Shown here piece by piece: positions 10,831 through 24,049 of a DNA stretch of 64,000 nt (position 1 is the stretch's first letter; every line of letters starts with the position of its first letter). Position numbers and translations under genes: made by a program. The notes under the pieces were generated by a model. The model was not told the DNA's origin and made no database searches. It worked only from the letters and a program-made list of their open reading frames with translations. This stretch comes from Mobula birostris (Eukaryota), in NCBI RefSeq assembly GCF_030028105.1, contig NC_092397.1, forward strand, positions 31,835,097-31,899,096. Reading direction: 5' to 3'.

Positions 10831-12399
10831 TGTCGCTTTCTCTTCATTACACTGTTGTGGTGTTGACACACTGATCTCCCCCATGGGAGTTTTGGGGTTG
10901 TTTGATGGGAAATCCCAATTCTCACACCAACTGATCTACTTGTTTTGGTCTCAGCTCATTTCATCAACACATTGATGTCACACTTTAGCCAAAGATGACC
11001 ATCCACACCAGCAATAACTCCATCATCTCACAGTCAGTGTGAACTTACTGCTCACGGTTCCTACATCCACTCCCAAATCACTCAGTTGTATCACAAACAG
11101 CAAGGGTCACAGAACAGATTCATGTGGAACAACACTTGTCACCAGCATCTGATCACAAAACGACTCTCTGCCATCACTCTGTCTCCTATTGCAAAGCCAA
11201 TTCTTGATCCAATTTGCCAAATGGCCTGACTGAGGCCCATATGAACCATATCAATAAACTTCATCAGTGACGGCAGACCTGGGTGAAGATGGTCAGGACC
11301 CAGGTGCTGGAGTATCAGAGACTAAAATCCAGACACGATAGGAGACGGAAACAATGACAGGGTTCAAAACCAGTCTGTGTCTGTCGGAAAGACCACTTTG
11401 AGTGACTCCTTTGCTCCAAATAGGAGAAAAAAATAAGTAAATAGAGAAGAAATAAAAATTACAATAAAAACTGCAGATTCTGTAGTCTGAAAAGCAAAAG
11501 CAGAAAACAGGAAACTCCAGACCTGAGTGTCCACCACTTGTACCAGGGAAACATTTGGAGCTGTAACAAAGCAGGAATTTTTTGCCAACTTACAAAACCA
11601 TCAGCCAAAGTCAGCAGAGTCTGGTGAAAGTGACTCCATGTTTAACAAACACATTTGAGTGGTTGGAGCAGTAACACCAACTGTGGATAAAGGGACCCAG
11701 TGACGCACTGAACCGAGATGTCCAGGACACGTTTGATAAGCCGCTCCATCGCAGGGAGTTGGGGAAAATGAGAGCTGACCGTGATTTCTGAACTTGCTGA
11801 TCACAAACACTGATGGGAACTGAGTTGTGAAGAGCGGTGAGGAGTCTACAAAGGGGTAGATACAGGTGACGTGATTGGACACAGGTCTGACAGCTGGGAT
11901 ATTGTGGGGGAGGGAGGGTGTGAACTTGTACCTGACCCTCTGGCTAAAGAAATGTCTTCTTATCTCTTTTCTGAAGAGACATTCTTCTATTCTGAGTGTG
12001 TGCCATCTGGTGCTGGACTAACCCACTGCAGGAAACATCCACTCCACGTTCACTCAAGTGGTTATAATGTCACTCTCTTCTCATTCTTATGAAGTCCAGC
12101 AAGTACAGGCCCAGAGCCATCAAATGCTCCTAATGTGTTAACCTTTTCATTCCCAGGGTTATTCTCGTCAACCTGCTCTGGACCCTCTCCAATGCAAACA
12201 CATCAATCCTTGGATGAAGGGCCCAGCATTGCTCACAATACTCCTTGCAGACTGACAAATGTCAGCATGGACAAGTAGGCCCCTATTTTCACATTTCTGT
12301 GAGAAAAGTAACTAATTTTCATTCTTATATTTTGCTGGTTTTAATGTAATCTTCTTCCTCAGTTGTAATTTCTATTTCCCTTCACGATGAAGACTTTGC

Positions 12400-13650
12400 A
12401 TTCAAAGTCAACAACATCTCCTCCACAATCACCGTCAGCACTGGTGCACCACAAGGTTGTGCTTGGCCCACGACTCTACTCACTTTATACCTGTGATTAT
12501 GTGGCTAAGTACAACCCCAGTGACATATTTAAGTTTGCAGATGACACCACTGTTGTTGGATGAATCAAAGGTGGTGACAAATTTGCCCTCAGGAGGGAGA
12601 TGTGTGATCTGGTTGAATGGTGCCACAACGACAACCTCTCACTCAATATCAGCAGATCACTGACCACAGGGGCAGGAAACCGGACGTCCATGAGCCAGTC
12701 ATCATCAGGGGACTGGAGGAGGAGAGAGTCAGTAACATTAAATTTCTGAGCATTATCATTTCAGAGGGTCTGTCCTGGGACTAGCAGTAAGTGTCACTAT
12801 AAAGCAGGCAGGGCAGCGACTCTGCCTGTGTGTAATCAGCGTGACATCTCAAACTTTGACATGTATAGATGCAGAGTGGAGAGTAACCTGACTGGTTTCA
12901 TCATGGCCTGATATGGAGACACAATGATCAGGAATGGAAAGGAAACTGTCTACAAGAAATTTGTGGAGATGTCAGGTGTAATTTTTTTTTACCAGAGTGT
13001 GGTGAGTGCGTGGAATAGGCTACCGGCAAAGGTAGTGGAGGCGGATACAATAGAGTATTTTCACAGACTCCTGGATAGGTACTTGGAGCTTAGAAAAACA
13101 AAGGGCTCTGGGTAATGCCAGGTAATTTCTAAAATAGGTAGAGGTTTGGCACGGCATCGTGGGCCGAAGGGCCTGTATTGTGCTGCAGGTTTTCCATGTT
13201 TCTAACTGGTGGATGCATCCCAGTACATCACAGGCAAAGCCCTCCCCATCATTCAGTACATTTACAAGCAGCACTTCTACAAGAAAGCTGCATCCATCAT
13301 CAACAACATCCTTCAGCCACCTCATGCTCTCTTCCACTGCTGCCATCGGGAAGGACGTACAGGAGCCTTAGGTCCCACACCACCAGGTTCAGGAAGAGTT
13401 GTTACCCTACACCAGTCATGCTCTTGAAATGGTGTAGGCACCTTCACTGAACTGATTCCATAACCTGCAGACCCACTTTCAAGTACTCCACAACTGAATT
13501 GCACAGTAATATTTATGTTTTAGTATTTGCATGATCTGTCTTCTTTTGCACATTGGTTGTCTGTCAGTCTTTGCTGTTTATAGTTTTCATAAATTCCACT
13601 GTCTTCATTTCCCTGTAAATACCTGAAAGAAAATGAATCTGAAAGTAGTA
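12400..13650 (+). mobile_element. Rex1/Babar-like RT fragment interrupted by a CR1 3' fragment (~12925-13205)
   Basis: TGAPQGCAW, FKFADDTTVVG, LPSGRTYRSLRSHTTRFRKS; CR1 tail (..WNRLP..EADTI..LDRY) inside it. Confidence 0.72.
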
Positions 13651-13654
13651 ACCT

Positions 13655-15830
13655 GTTGTGCCAGATGTCCCAACACAGGAGATCACTGCTACACTACAAT
13701 AAGGAATGTCTATCGTTTGCTCCCAAGACCACATTTTGTTCAGTGGGATCATTTGGCTGTACTCGTCCTACCTGCACACAGACAGAGCCTAAGGAACAAG
13801 GCTCCAGAGATCAAGATAACTGAGGGGTTGTGTTGGGAGGCTGAGGAATGGTTACAGGATTGCCTTGAGTCAGCAGGCTGAGCCATGTTCGTGAACTCAT
13901 CTCAGGACCTGAAGGATGACACCGGGGTCACTACAGACTTTACTAAAACAGCTGTGGAGTCGTGTGTCCCCACAAAATCATTCAGGGTTTTCCCAAATCA
14001 GTAGGCCTGGATGAGCAATGAGATCCGGAACCTGCTGAGTGCCAGGTCAGAGGCATTCAAATCTGGAGATCAGGAATGCTACAAGAGGTGCAGGTTTGAT
14101 CTCCAGAAACCATCTCTCAGGCAACGTGGAGATTCCGGACTAGACTGGAATAAAAGAGGGATGCTTGACAGCCTCGGCAGGGTTTATATGTCAAAACCTC
14201 CTGCAAGGGTAAATCATGTGACAAAGGAGACAGCAGAGCTTCAGTTCCAGACGAGCTCAATGCCTTCTATGCTCACTTTGTCCACCAGAAGAGGGAGGAA
14301 CCATCGTGCACCCCCGTGTCTCCCGATGGTCATTTGGTCTTAGTATCTGAAGATAACGTGCAGGCTGCCTTCAAGAGAGTGAATCCAAGGAAAGCATCTG
14401 GTCTGGATGGAGTACCTGGCCGAGTACTGAAGACCTGTGCTGACCAGCTGGCTGGTGTATTCACGGATATCTTCAACCTCTCGATCTGGCAGTGTGTGGT
14501 ACCCACCTACTTCAAGGAAGCTTCAATCATATCGGTGGCCAACAGGAGCGTGGTAACCTGTTTAAATGACTATTGCCCAGTGGCACTTACATCCACAGTG
14601 ATGAAGTGTTTTGAGAGGCTGGTGTTGAAGCATATCAGCTCTTGTCTGAATGGTGACTTGGATCCTCTCCAATCTACCTACCGAAGCAACAGCAGATGCT
14701 GTCTCGTTGTCTCTTCACACAACTCTGGAACATCTGGACAGCAAAGATGCAAACATCTGGATGCCCTTTATTGATTACAGCTCAGCATTTAACACTGTCA
14801 TCCCCTCAAAACTGATCAGTAAGCTCTCAGACCTGGGCCTCAATACCCCCTTGTGCAATTGGATCCTGGATTTCCTCAGGTGCAGATCCAAATCAGTTCA
14901 GATTGGTAAAAACATATACTCCACAACCTCTATCAGCACAGGAGCAGCACAAGGAAGTGTGCTTAGCCCCCAGCTCTACTCGCTTTACACCTATGACTGT
15001 GTGGCTGAGTACAGCTCCAACACCATATACAAGTTTGCTGATTACATCACAATCAAAGGTGGTGATGAATCAGCAAACAGGAGAGAGATTGAAAACTTTG
15101 CTGAGTGGTGTGATAACAACGACCCTTCACTCAATGTCAGTAAGACCAAGGGACAGATTGTAGACTTTAGGAGGGAGAAACCAAAGGTCCATGAGCTAGT
15201 AATCAAAGGATGATCAGAGGTGAAGAGGGTCAGTAACTTTAAATTCCTGTGGGTCACTCATTCAGAGGATCTGTCCTGGACCCACCGCATAAATATAATT
15301 GTGAAGAAAGCACAACAGCATTCTAGTTCCTCAGGACTCTGCAGAGGTTCAGCATGTCATTGAAAACCTTGGCAAACTTATATAAATATGTGGAGGAAGA
15401 TGTGCTGACTGGCTGCATTACAGCCTGATACAGGAACACCGATGCCTTTGAGTGGGAAATCCTGCAAAGGGTAGTGGATTCGGCCCGGTATATCACAGGT
15501 AAAACCCTCACAACCACTGAGCACATCTACATGAAACATTGCCGTAGGAAAGCAGTGTCCATCAGCAAAGATCCTCACCACCCAGGCAACGATCTTTTCT
15601 CACTGTTACCATCAGATAGAAGGTACAGGTATCTCAGGACTCGCACCACCAGGTTCAAGAACAGTTACTACCCCTCAACCATCAGTGTCTTGAGCAAAAC
15701 ACTCATGTCACCACTGTTATATCGTTATTTCATGCTTGTTATTTATTGCTATTTATTTCTCTGCATTTACACAATTTGTTTATAGTTCCTCATATTTACA
15801 GTTCACAGTTACTGTTCTATAGATTTGTTA
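13655..15830 (+). mobile_element. long Rex1/Babar-like LINE copy (degenerate endonuclease end plus RT)
   Basis: [91 protein letters not shown]. Confidence 0.88.
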
Positions 15831-16372
15831 GATTTCTCTGGTTTGTCACTATCCCAGGGGTATCCAAAGGAGTGTACTTGTTGCTGAGGGTCACAGCCAC
15901 AGGGAGACATTGCACTGTCTGTCTCTTCCCCTTTCCAGTCGTGGTAGTCACCAAACTATTTGCAGCCTGACCTCAGGTTTGACCAACCCACTGAATCTCT
16001 GGTCTCAGCATCCTGGAAACTCTAGGTCTGTCCATCTCCAGCACCATTCCCACTTCTAGTGGTCACCCTCATGCATTAATCCTTTTATTGCCACGATCAT
16101 TTGTGGCACCTTGTCAAAGAAAGCCTTTTGAAAGTCCAAGTATATGACATCAGTGCATCCCCTTTATCCATCCTGCGTGTAATCTCCTCAAAGTATTCCA
16201 ACAGGTTCATCAGGCAAGACTTTCCCTTAAGGAAACCGTGCTGACTTTGTCTTTTCTTGTCCTGTGTTTCCAATACTCCTTAACAATTCACTCCGGTATC
16301 TTCCCAACCACTGAGGTCAGTCTAACTGGTCTATATTTCCCTTTCTGCTGCCTTGCTTTGTTATATGCCCTC

Positions 16373-17256
16373 TGTTACGTACCCCGTAACTGGGTTGCCA
16401 AACCAGCAGAAATGGATCACTCAGTTGGAGTTTGGATTAGTGGAACTAAGAAAGTTTTATTAAAGAAACAAGCAACACAGTAATTGAAAGGATAATAAAT
16501 GCAACAGTTCAGCAATGATAAACACACATGTGCACAGAATTAAGATAACAGCATCAATCAAGCTCTATCATTGTCTAGGGGTAAATGACCAAATTTCAAA
16601 GTGACACAAAGTTCAGTGCAATTTAGTTCAGTTCGCAGTAATCGTTGTCATGGCGATGGACAACGTGGGGGGAGCGAGAGAGAGAGAACGGGAACGACTG
16701 ATCATTCAGACACGGCTTCCACTCACAGACCGGCGATATTGCTCAGAAGCAGCTTCCGGGCAGGTCCTTGGTGATGTCACCTGAGGTCACTGACTGTGAC
16801 CCCTCCTCCAGATGCGGTCGATCCTCTGCAGTGAACCCGGCACCCAAGCGAGGGTGGACACACACCGGGTTCCCGCTGATCGTACCTTTCCACCCTGTGC
16901 GTTTAAGGCTGATCCCCCGATCAGCCATCCAAGAGCTTCTCACCGACTTGTGAGAGGCGCACCGCTTCCAGGGTCTCGTTACCTCGGGTGTCGTGTGTCC
17001 TGCCTTAGCGAACCTGTCCCTTTTTATCCCCCTGCTGGGGTATCGCCTGTCCATCACTTAAAACAGTTCAGGGTTCAAAGGGGGAGCCGATCTTGGCAAT
17101 ACCCAGATTGATGGCTCCTTCATTACCATCTCCACATGCTGCTTCATTGTTCCTTATCTCTCCTTCCCCCTGAGGACAGGTGGCAGACCAACTGCTGATG
17201 CCACTGATGCTAACCCAGCCAGCAAACATCTTAATTTTATGTGTATTCTCGTCACA
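16373..17256 (-). mobile_element. solo LTR, 884 bp (Gypsy-like)
   Basis: Termini TGTTACG...CGTCACA; 4-bp TSD CCTC (16369-16372 / 17257-17260); minus-strand GATAAAAA (~17025) and AATAAA (~16457); empty site in the right arm at ~63950-63965. Confidence 0.88.
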
Positions 17257-20200
17257 CCTCCCTTTTGGTTTTACATTAGCTTTGATTTCCTTGTCAGCCA
17301 CGGTTGTACTATTTTGCCATTTGAGTATTTATTTGTTTTTGGAAAACATTCATCCTGCACCTCCCTCATTCTCCCCAGAAACTGTTGCTTCTCTGCTGCC
17401 ATCCCTGCCAGCATCTCCTTCCAATTTATTTTAGCCAACTCTTCTCTCATACCACTGTAACTGCCTTTACTCCACTGAAACACTGCTGTGTCAGACTGTA
17501 CTTTCTCCCTGTCCAATTTCAGGTTGAACTCAATGATACTGAGATCACTGCCTCCTAAGGGTTCTTTTACCTTCAGCTCCCTAATCACCTCCAGTTTATT
17601 CAATAACACACAATCCAGTATAGCTGTTCCCCTAGTAGCCCAATGACAAACTGCTCTAAAAAGCCATCTGTTCGGCATTCACCAAACTCACTCTCTTCAG
17701 ATCTATTTCCAACCTGATTTTTCCCAATCGACCTGCATGTTAAAATCTCCCATGACTCCGATGAAATCTCCCCTTCCACAACATTGCCCTTTTGACCTGC
17801 CTTTTCTATTTCCTGTTGTAATCTGTGGTCCACATACCAGCAACTGTTGGGAGGCCTGTAAACAACTACCATCAACGTCCTTTTTACACTTGCAGTTTTT
17901 AAATTCAACTCACAATGATTCAACATCTTCCGATCCTGTGTCACATCTTTCTACTGATTTGTTACCATTCTTTACCAGCAGAGCCATGCCATCTCCATTG
18001 TCTACCTTCCTATCCCTCTGATACGTGTAACCTGGGGCATTTAGCTCCGAACTAGAAACATCCTTCAGCCGTGATTTAGTGATGGTCACAACATTAAACA
18101 TGACAATCCGTAATAGGGCAATAAGATTATCCACCTTATTTCTTACACTCTGTGTATTGAGATATAACAGTTTGAGTTCTGCATTTGCTACCCTAATTGA
18201 TTTTGCATCCCTCATGCACTGATACTCACCCTGCTGGCTGCAGTTATGTCCTGTCATCTGCCTGCCCTTCCTGACAGTGTGACTGCATGCGATCTTTGCT
18301 TTTTTACCATCTGTTCTATCCTGCATCCTTTCACACCAGTTCCCATGCTCCTGCCAAATTAATTTAAACCCTCCCCAACCGCTCTAACAAACCAGCAGTA
18401 TGCCCACAAGAAACTAACCTCAGGGTTGTATATGGTGACAGAAATGTATTTTGATAATACATTTACTTTCAGCTTTGAACTTTGTAGTAGAGAGCCAGGT
18501 GTTGTACTGGTCTGTGTCCTCACTGGCTGGTGCTGTGCTCTGGCAGCTCCGTGTGCTTGGTATATAGTGTCAGTGTTTCGACAGAAGTGTGTCCTTATTA
18601 CACAATTGATCTTGTCCATCCTGGAGTTTTGTAGATTCACTGGCGACCAGAGTGATTTTTTTCAGACTATTATTGGGCGGAGAATCATTCTGTGATCGTC
18701 GAGACTATTTGACCCATCAAATTTATACCAACTCCTGCTACAACATTTCCACAATCCCATTCCCCACTCTGTCCCCACAGCTCTGCAGGTCATTTCCCCT
18801 GAAGGACCTGTCTAATTCCTCCTAGAACACTGGTTGTTCCTCCCACCACTCTGCTGAGTCCCATATTTCCCAAGGTGAAGTCAAGAATGTCCCCCTCCCT
18901 GGTGGACCACATATTGTTTCAGGAAACCTTCCTGAACACAGATAATGCTCCATCCAAGCCTTAGGGTGCAAGGGAGTCCCAGTTACTCTGGGGAGATTAT
19001 TCACTCACCACATCTACTCTGTAGTTTTTACATCAGTCCATAACCTGCCGACATATCTGTTCCTCTCTTACTGGCCGTTGTGAGGCTTCCAGTATAATCC
19101 TAGCACGGGGATTGCTCCTTTCTTATTCCTGAACTCCACCCACATTGTCTGACTGGAGGAGCCTCCAGAGTGACCTCGACCTTGTGACATTCTGCCTGAT
19201 CAGCCGTACAGATCCCCAACCTCATTCACCTCCCTCTGGACTGCCTGAATCATCTGAATCCTGGAATGTTTCACTTCCAGTCTTGCCCTTCTCTCAGCTG
19301 GATCTCTGTAAACACAAAATACTCTGTGGATGCTGGGGTTAAAGCAACATGCACACCACGCTGGAGGAACTCAGCAGGTCGGGCAGCATCCGTGGAAACG
19401 AAAAGTCACCGTTTTGGGCCGGAACTGTGATACCTTTTTTTTTCCTTCCCTCGCTAGTGAGTGGTACTGGGATTATCCCCCACCCCCACCACAGAGTTTC
19501 TACTTAACTTTTCCCCAACTCCCTAAGTTCTCTTTGCAGGACTTTGTCTCTTTTGTTAGAGCCAATATGGACCACGACCTCTGGCTGCTCACCCTGCCCT
19601 TTCAGAATGGCCTGTACTTGTTCAGTTCCATCCCTGTCCCTGGTACCAGGGAGGTAATGCACCATCCTGCAGTCTCTCTCCTTACCACAGATACACCTGT
19701 CTGTGACCCTGGCTAAAGACTCCCCTGTCACTGAGGCTCACCGAGAACACAGAACAGTACAGCACAGGAACAGACCCTTCTTCCCATGATGTCTGTGCTG
19801 AACACGATGCCAAATGAAACTTAATCTCTTCTGCCTGCTTATAATTCATGTGCTTAAATTCTGTGAATATTCATGGATTTGTCTAAAACTCTGTTAAATG
19901 TCATTATCGTATCTGCTTCCACCACTCCCCATGGCAGCCCATACCTGGCCCTCACCACTCTCTGCACAAAAACAGAAATCTTACCTGCCCTAACGTCCAC
20001 CTTTAAATTCTCACCCTAGCATTTTAAAGCTGCACCTTCTCATATTTGATATTTCTACCCTGGCAAAATGAATCTGCCTGTTTACCTTGTCTACACATCT
20101 CATAGTTTTATAATCTTCGGTCAGGTCTCCCCTCAGTCTCCTTCACTCCAGGGAAGACAGTCCCAGTCGGTCTGATCTTTCCTTGTAACTCAAGCCCCCA

Positions 20201-22110
20201 GTCCAGATAACATTCCTGTGAATCGTTTGTGCACCTTTCCAGTTTAATCACATCCTTCCTCTCATGTGACCAGAACTGCACAGGGTACTCCTGGTGTGGT
20301 GTCATTATTGATATGTACAACTGTAATGTGATGACCCAACTCCTCTCATAGCCTTTGCCGATGAAGACAAGCATGTCGTGTTCCTTCTTCACCACCTTTT
20401 CTACCTGTGTTGGCACTTTCAGGGAATTACGTACCTGTGCCCCAGGTTTCTCTTTCATCAACACTCCTCAGGACCCTCCATTCACTGGGTACGTCCTGAC
20501 TTGCTTTAACTTCCCAAAATCCATCATTGTGCACTTGTCTGTCACAGTAACAACACTTCTCTGTTTCTCCGCACCAACACCCCAGCAGTAAATGTCAATG
20601 GACCATTCACCTCTGAACCTTGGTCATATATAGTTTTATGAACCACTCACTGCACCCGTCTCTATTTTGTTGTGTAGTTCAGCACCTTGACGCCTCTCTA
20701 TTTCTCTCATTTACAATTTATCTCCACATAAATCACAGTCTGACTTTTGATTCCTCCTACCATTCTACATGCCATCATACTTCACCACATTAAACTCCAT
20801 TTACCAAGTATTCTACTCACCAGCTTCTTCTTATCCTGTTGGAGAGATGAAATGTCCAATCACAACATGTCCTTCACCACATTCCCTGTCATTGACCTCC
20901 CTCCTCTGGGTCATTAATATCAATAACAAATCATTGTCGATCCAGAACTGGTCACTGAGAAACTCCACTAGTAATATCATCCCAGTCTGAAACAGACCTG
21001 TTATTCTGTCTCAGTATGATGACCAGTCTTCAGTCAGTATTAACACACTTCCTTCCCAGTACTGAGCTCTGGTCTTGTGCACCAGCCTTACATGTGGCAC
21101 CTTGGCAAATGGCTCCCGAAAATCCAAAAACACCACTTCTCCAACTTCCACTGTAAAGTCTCAAATCTCTGGTGTGTTTGTCAAACATGACTGAACATTC
21201 AACAACCCAGGTTACAGGGTCTAAGACCAGGTTCCAGATGGACAGGGTGGTGAAGAGGCTTTTGGAACACTGGCCTTCAGTCAGGGCACCGAATATAGAA
21301 GCTGGGATGAGATGTTGCAGTTGTCCAACACGTTGGTTTGGCCGCATTTCGCAAATAGTGTTTAGTTTCAGTGACCCTGCTGTCTGACAGACACCATTAA
21401 GCTGGGAAGAGAGCAGAGGAGGTTTACGAGGATGTTGCTGGATCTTGAAGGACTGATTTGTGGAAAGCGTTTTGGTCAATTTTCCCTGGAATGTTGGAGA
21501 ATGAGTAATGATATTGCAGAGGTGTATAAAATTATAAGGGGCCTGAGTTGGGTCAGAGATAACAATCATTTTGCCAGTGTTGGGGAATCAAGAACTGGAG
21601 GGCATTGGTTTAAGATGAGCTTTAATAGGAACCTGAAGGGCAACTTTTCCAGTTGGTGGTGGTGAGGGGGTTACAGACCACGAGCTCAGATGGAAACGTT
21701 GGTCATCGTGGACAATTTGAACTGAAGGTCTTGTTTCTGTGCTGTGTGAATCTGACTGTAAACCCTGTTGACTTAGTTCAATGACATTGAACTTTTCGAA
21801 ATGATTTGCTATTTCTTGATAGATTATCAACTCCAGTACCTGAAGTGAAGTTAACAGGACTACAGTTACCTTCCACCCTTCTTCAACAATGGTTTTCAAC
21901 TAACTGGGACCTTTCTGTAACAGTGAGTTTTGACAGACTTCAATGTCTCTCCTTTCTCTCCAGACTTTAGTGCAGGTCATTGGGACCTGGTAATGTTTGC
22001 TTTTAGTCCCATTAGTTTCTCCCTGGAGACGGCGGTTGTTACACATTATGGCACAATATTGAAATGTCACCATCAGATATCTGTGGGATGTTTTCTGTGT
22101 CCCCACTGTG
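17257..22110. mobile_element. mosaic of old CR1-clade fragments (ORF1 esterase-like, endonuclease and RT pieces)
   Basis: LYLNTQSVRNKVD, VVVYRPPN, EPLGGSD, MVHYLPGTR..GEQPEVVVHIGSN, PHQEYPVQFW..KDVIKLER motifs in several orientations. Confidence 0.75.
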
Positions 22111-22149
22111 AACACTAACTCCTTGTTGGTCTGATGGTCTGATGTTCAG

Positions 22150-23300
22150 TGCAGACTGGCAATCCTGCGACACCGCTGGTGCTTGACTCCATCGGTCTCC
22201 GCTGTTGCTCTGGAATCATCAGCTCCTGCATGGGCGACTGCTTGCTTCACGTATCGTACTTCCCTGACTTGCTTTACGTTTCGTACGTCCCCGACTTGCT
22301 TTACGTTTTGTACGTCCCCGACTTGCTTTACGTTTCGTACGTCCCTGACTTGCTTTACGTTTCGTACGTCCCTGACTTGCTTTACGTTTTGTACGTCCCC
22401 GACTTGCTTTACGTATCGTACGTCCCCGACTTGCTTTACGTTTCGTACGTCCCCGACTTGCTTTACATTTTGTACGTCCCCGACTTGCTTTACGTTTCGT
22501 ACGTCCCTGACTTGCTTTACGTTTTGTACGTCCCCGACTTGCTTTACGTATCGTACGTCCCTGACTTGCTTTACGTTTCGTACGTCCCTGACTTGCTTTA
22601 CGTATCGTACTTCCCTGACTTGCTTTACGTTTCGTACGTCCCCGACTTGCTTTACGTATCGTACGTCCCCGACTTGCTTTACGTTTCGTACGTCCCCGAC
22701 TTGCTTTACGTATCGTACGTCCCCGACTTGCTTTACGTATCGTACGTCCCTGACTTGCTTTACGTATCGTACGTCCCTGACTTGCTTTACGTTTCGTACG
22801 TCCCCGACTTGCTTTACGTATCGTACGTCCCCGACTTGCTTTACGTTTCGTACGTCCCCGACTTGCTTTACGTTTCGTACGTCCCTGACTTGCTTTACGT
22901 TTCGTACGTCCCTGACTTGCTTTACGTATCGTACTTCCCTGACTTGCTTTACGTTTCGTACGTCCCTGACTTGCTTTACGTATCGTACGTCCCCGACTTG
23001 CTTTACGTTTTGTACGTCCCTGACTTGCTTTACGTATCGTACTTCCCTGACTTGCTTTACGTTTCGTACGTCCCTGACTTGCTTTACGTATCGTACTTCC
23101 CTGACTTGCTTTACGTTTCGTACGTCCCTGACTTGCTTTACGTTTCGTACGTCCCTGACTTGCTTTACGTTTCGTACGTCCCTGACTTGCTTTACCTATC
23201 GTACTTCCCTAACTTGCTTTACGTATCGTACTTCCCCGACTTGCATATCGACTTCCACAGCTAGGGCGCAATATCCATGGTCGACCCTGACCAGCGGAGA
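22150..23300 (+). mobile_element. non-autonomous RTE-derived (bipartite) element hosting the minisatellite
   Basis: 3' end 'cagctagggcgcaatatccatggtcgaccctgacc' resembles RTE-clade 3' termini as I recall them; 5' part 'gactggcaatcctgcgacaccgctggtgc' resembles an RTE 5' UTR; not database-verified. Confidence 0.45.
22240..23245. repeat. 27-bp minisatellite, ~37 copies
   Basis: Unit GACTTGCTTTACGT(T/A)T(C/T)GTAC(G/T)TCCC(C/T); produces the DLLYVSYVP / TCFTFRTSP repeat ORFs. Confidence 0.98.
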
Positions 23301-23319
23301 GCCATTACCAACATGTTTG

Positions 23320-23660
23320 CATGTGGCCTCCTCTACTGCTACGACGAAGCCAAATACAGGTTAGCCGAACAACACCTCATATTCTGACTGTGCAGCCTCC
23401 AATCTTGATAGAATGAACATTGATTTCTACCAATTCCGGATATCACTGCACTCTGTTTCCCTCACCCCCACTTCTTTTCACCCATTCTGATACCATTTAA
23501 CCCCTTCACCTCTCTTCACACACCCTCATGACCTGCCCATCAACTCTGTCTGGTTCTCCACCTCCTTCGTGTCATCCCATGGTCCAAAGTTCTCTCCTAT
23601 TGGATTTCATCGCTTTGCCTTTTCTGCCTGTCACCCAGCTCCTCAGATCATCATCCCTCC
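23320..23660 (+). mobile_element. Penelope-like element C-terminal fragment
   Basis: EQHLIF.LCSLQ...MNIDF motif followed by a pyrimidine-rich 3' region. Confidence 0.65.
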
Positions 23661-23689
23661 ACAAACCACACGTTCCCTAAGGATGAGCT

Positions 23690-24045
23690 GTACTTAATGC
23701 AATCTGCAAGAGGACTGAGACTTCAGAAAAGATTTGTTTTCCAGCAAGACAATGACTGCGAGCTTAAAACCAAAGCTGCACAGGAATGCCTTAAGACAGC
23801 ACAGTTCATGTCCTGGTGTGGCCAAGTCAGAGTCCAGACCTCAGTCTGTGGCTGGACTTGAAAAGGGCTGTTCACTCATAAACTCTGTGCATTCTGACAG
23901 ACCTTGAGCAGTTTTGTAAGGAAGAATGGGAAAAATTGCAGTGTCCAGATGTGCAAAGCTGATAGTGACCTATCCACATAGACTCATGGTTGTAATTGCT
24001 GCCAACGGTCCATCGACTAAATACTGACTTGAAGGAGGTGAATAC
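23690..24045 (+). mobile_element. Tc1/mariner transposase 3' fragment
   Basis: FVFQQDND, WPSQSPDL motifs; homologous to the element at 56720-58225. Confidence 0.8.
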
Positions 24046-24049
24046 ACCT

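Noticed and set aside
22240-23245. GAAACGTA on the minus strand of the minisatellite, resembling the 3' half of a hammerhead
   Set aside because: No CUGANGA core or stem I partner in the unit
22149-23364. 371-aa and 393-aa repetitive ORFs; array superficially CRISPR-like
   Set aside because: The frames are open only because the 27-bp unit has no stop in them. There are no unique spacers and no cas genes, and the context is eukaryotic.
23690-24045. Treating the left-arm Tc1 fragment as the same insertion as the right-arm Tc1
   Set aside because: Orientation and position are compatible, but no shared flanking junction could be seen, so this is left unresolved
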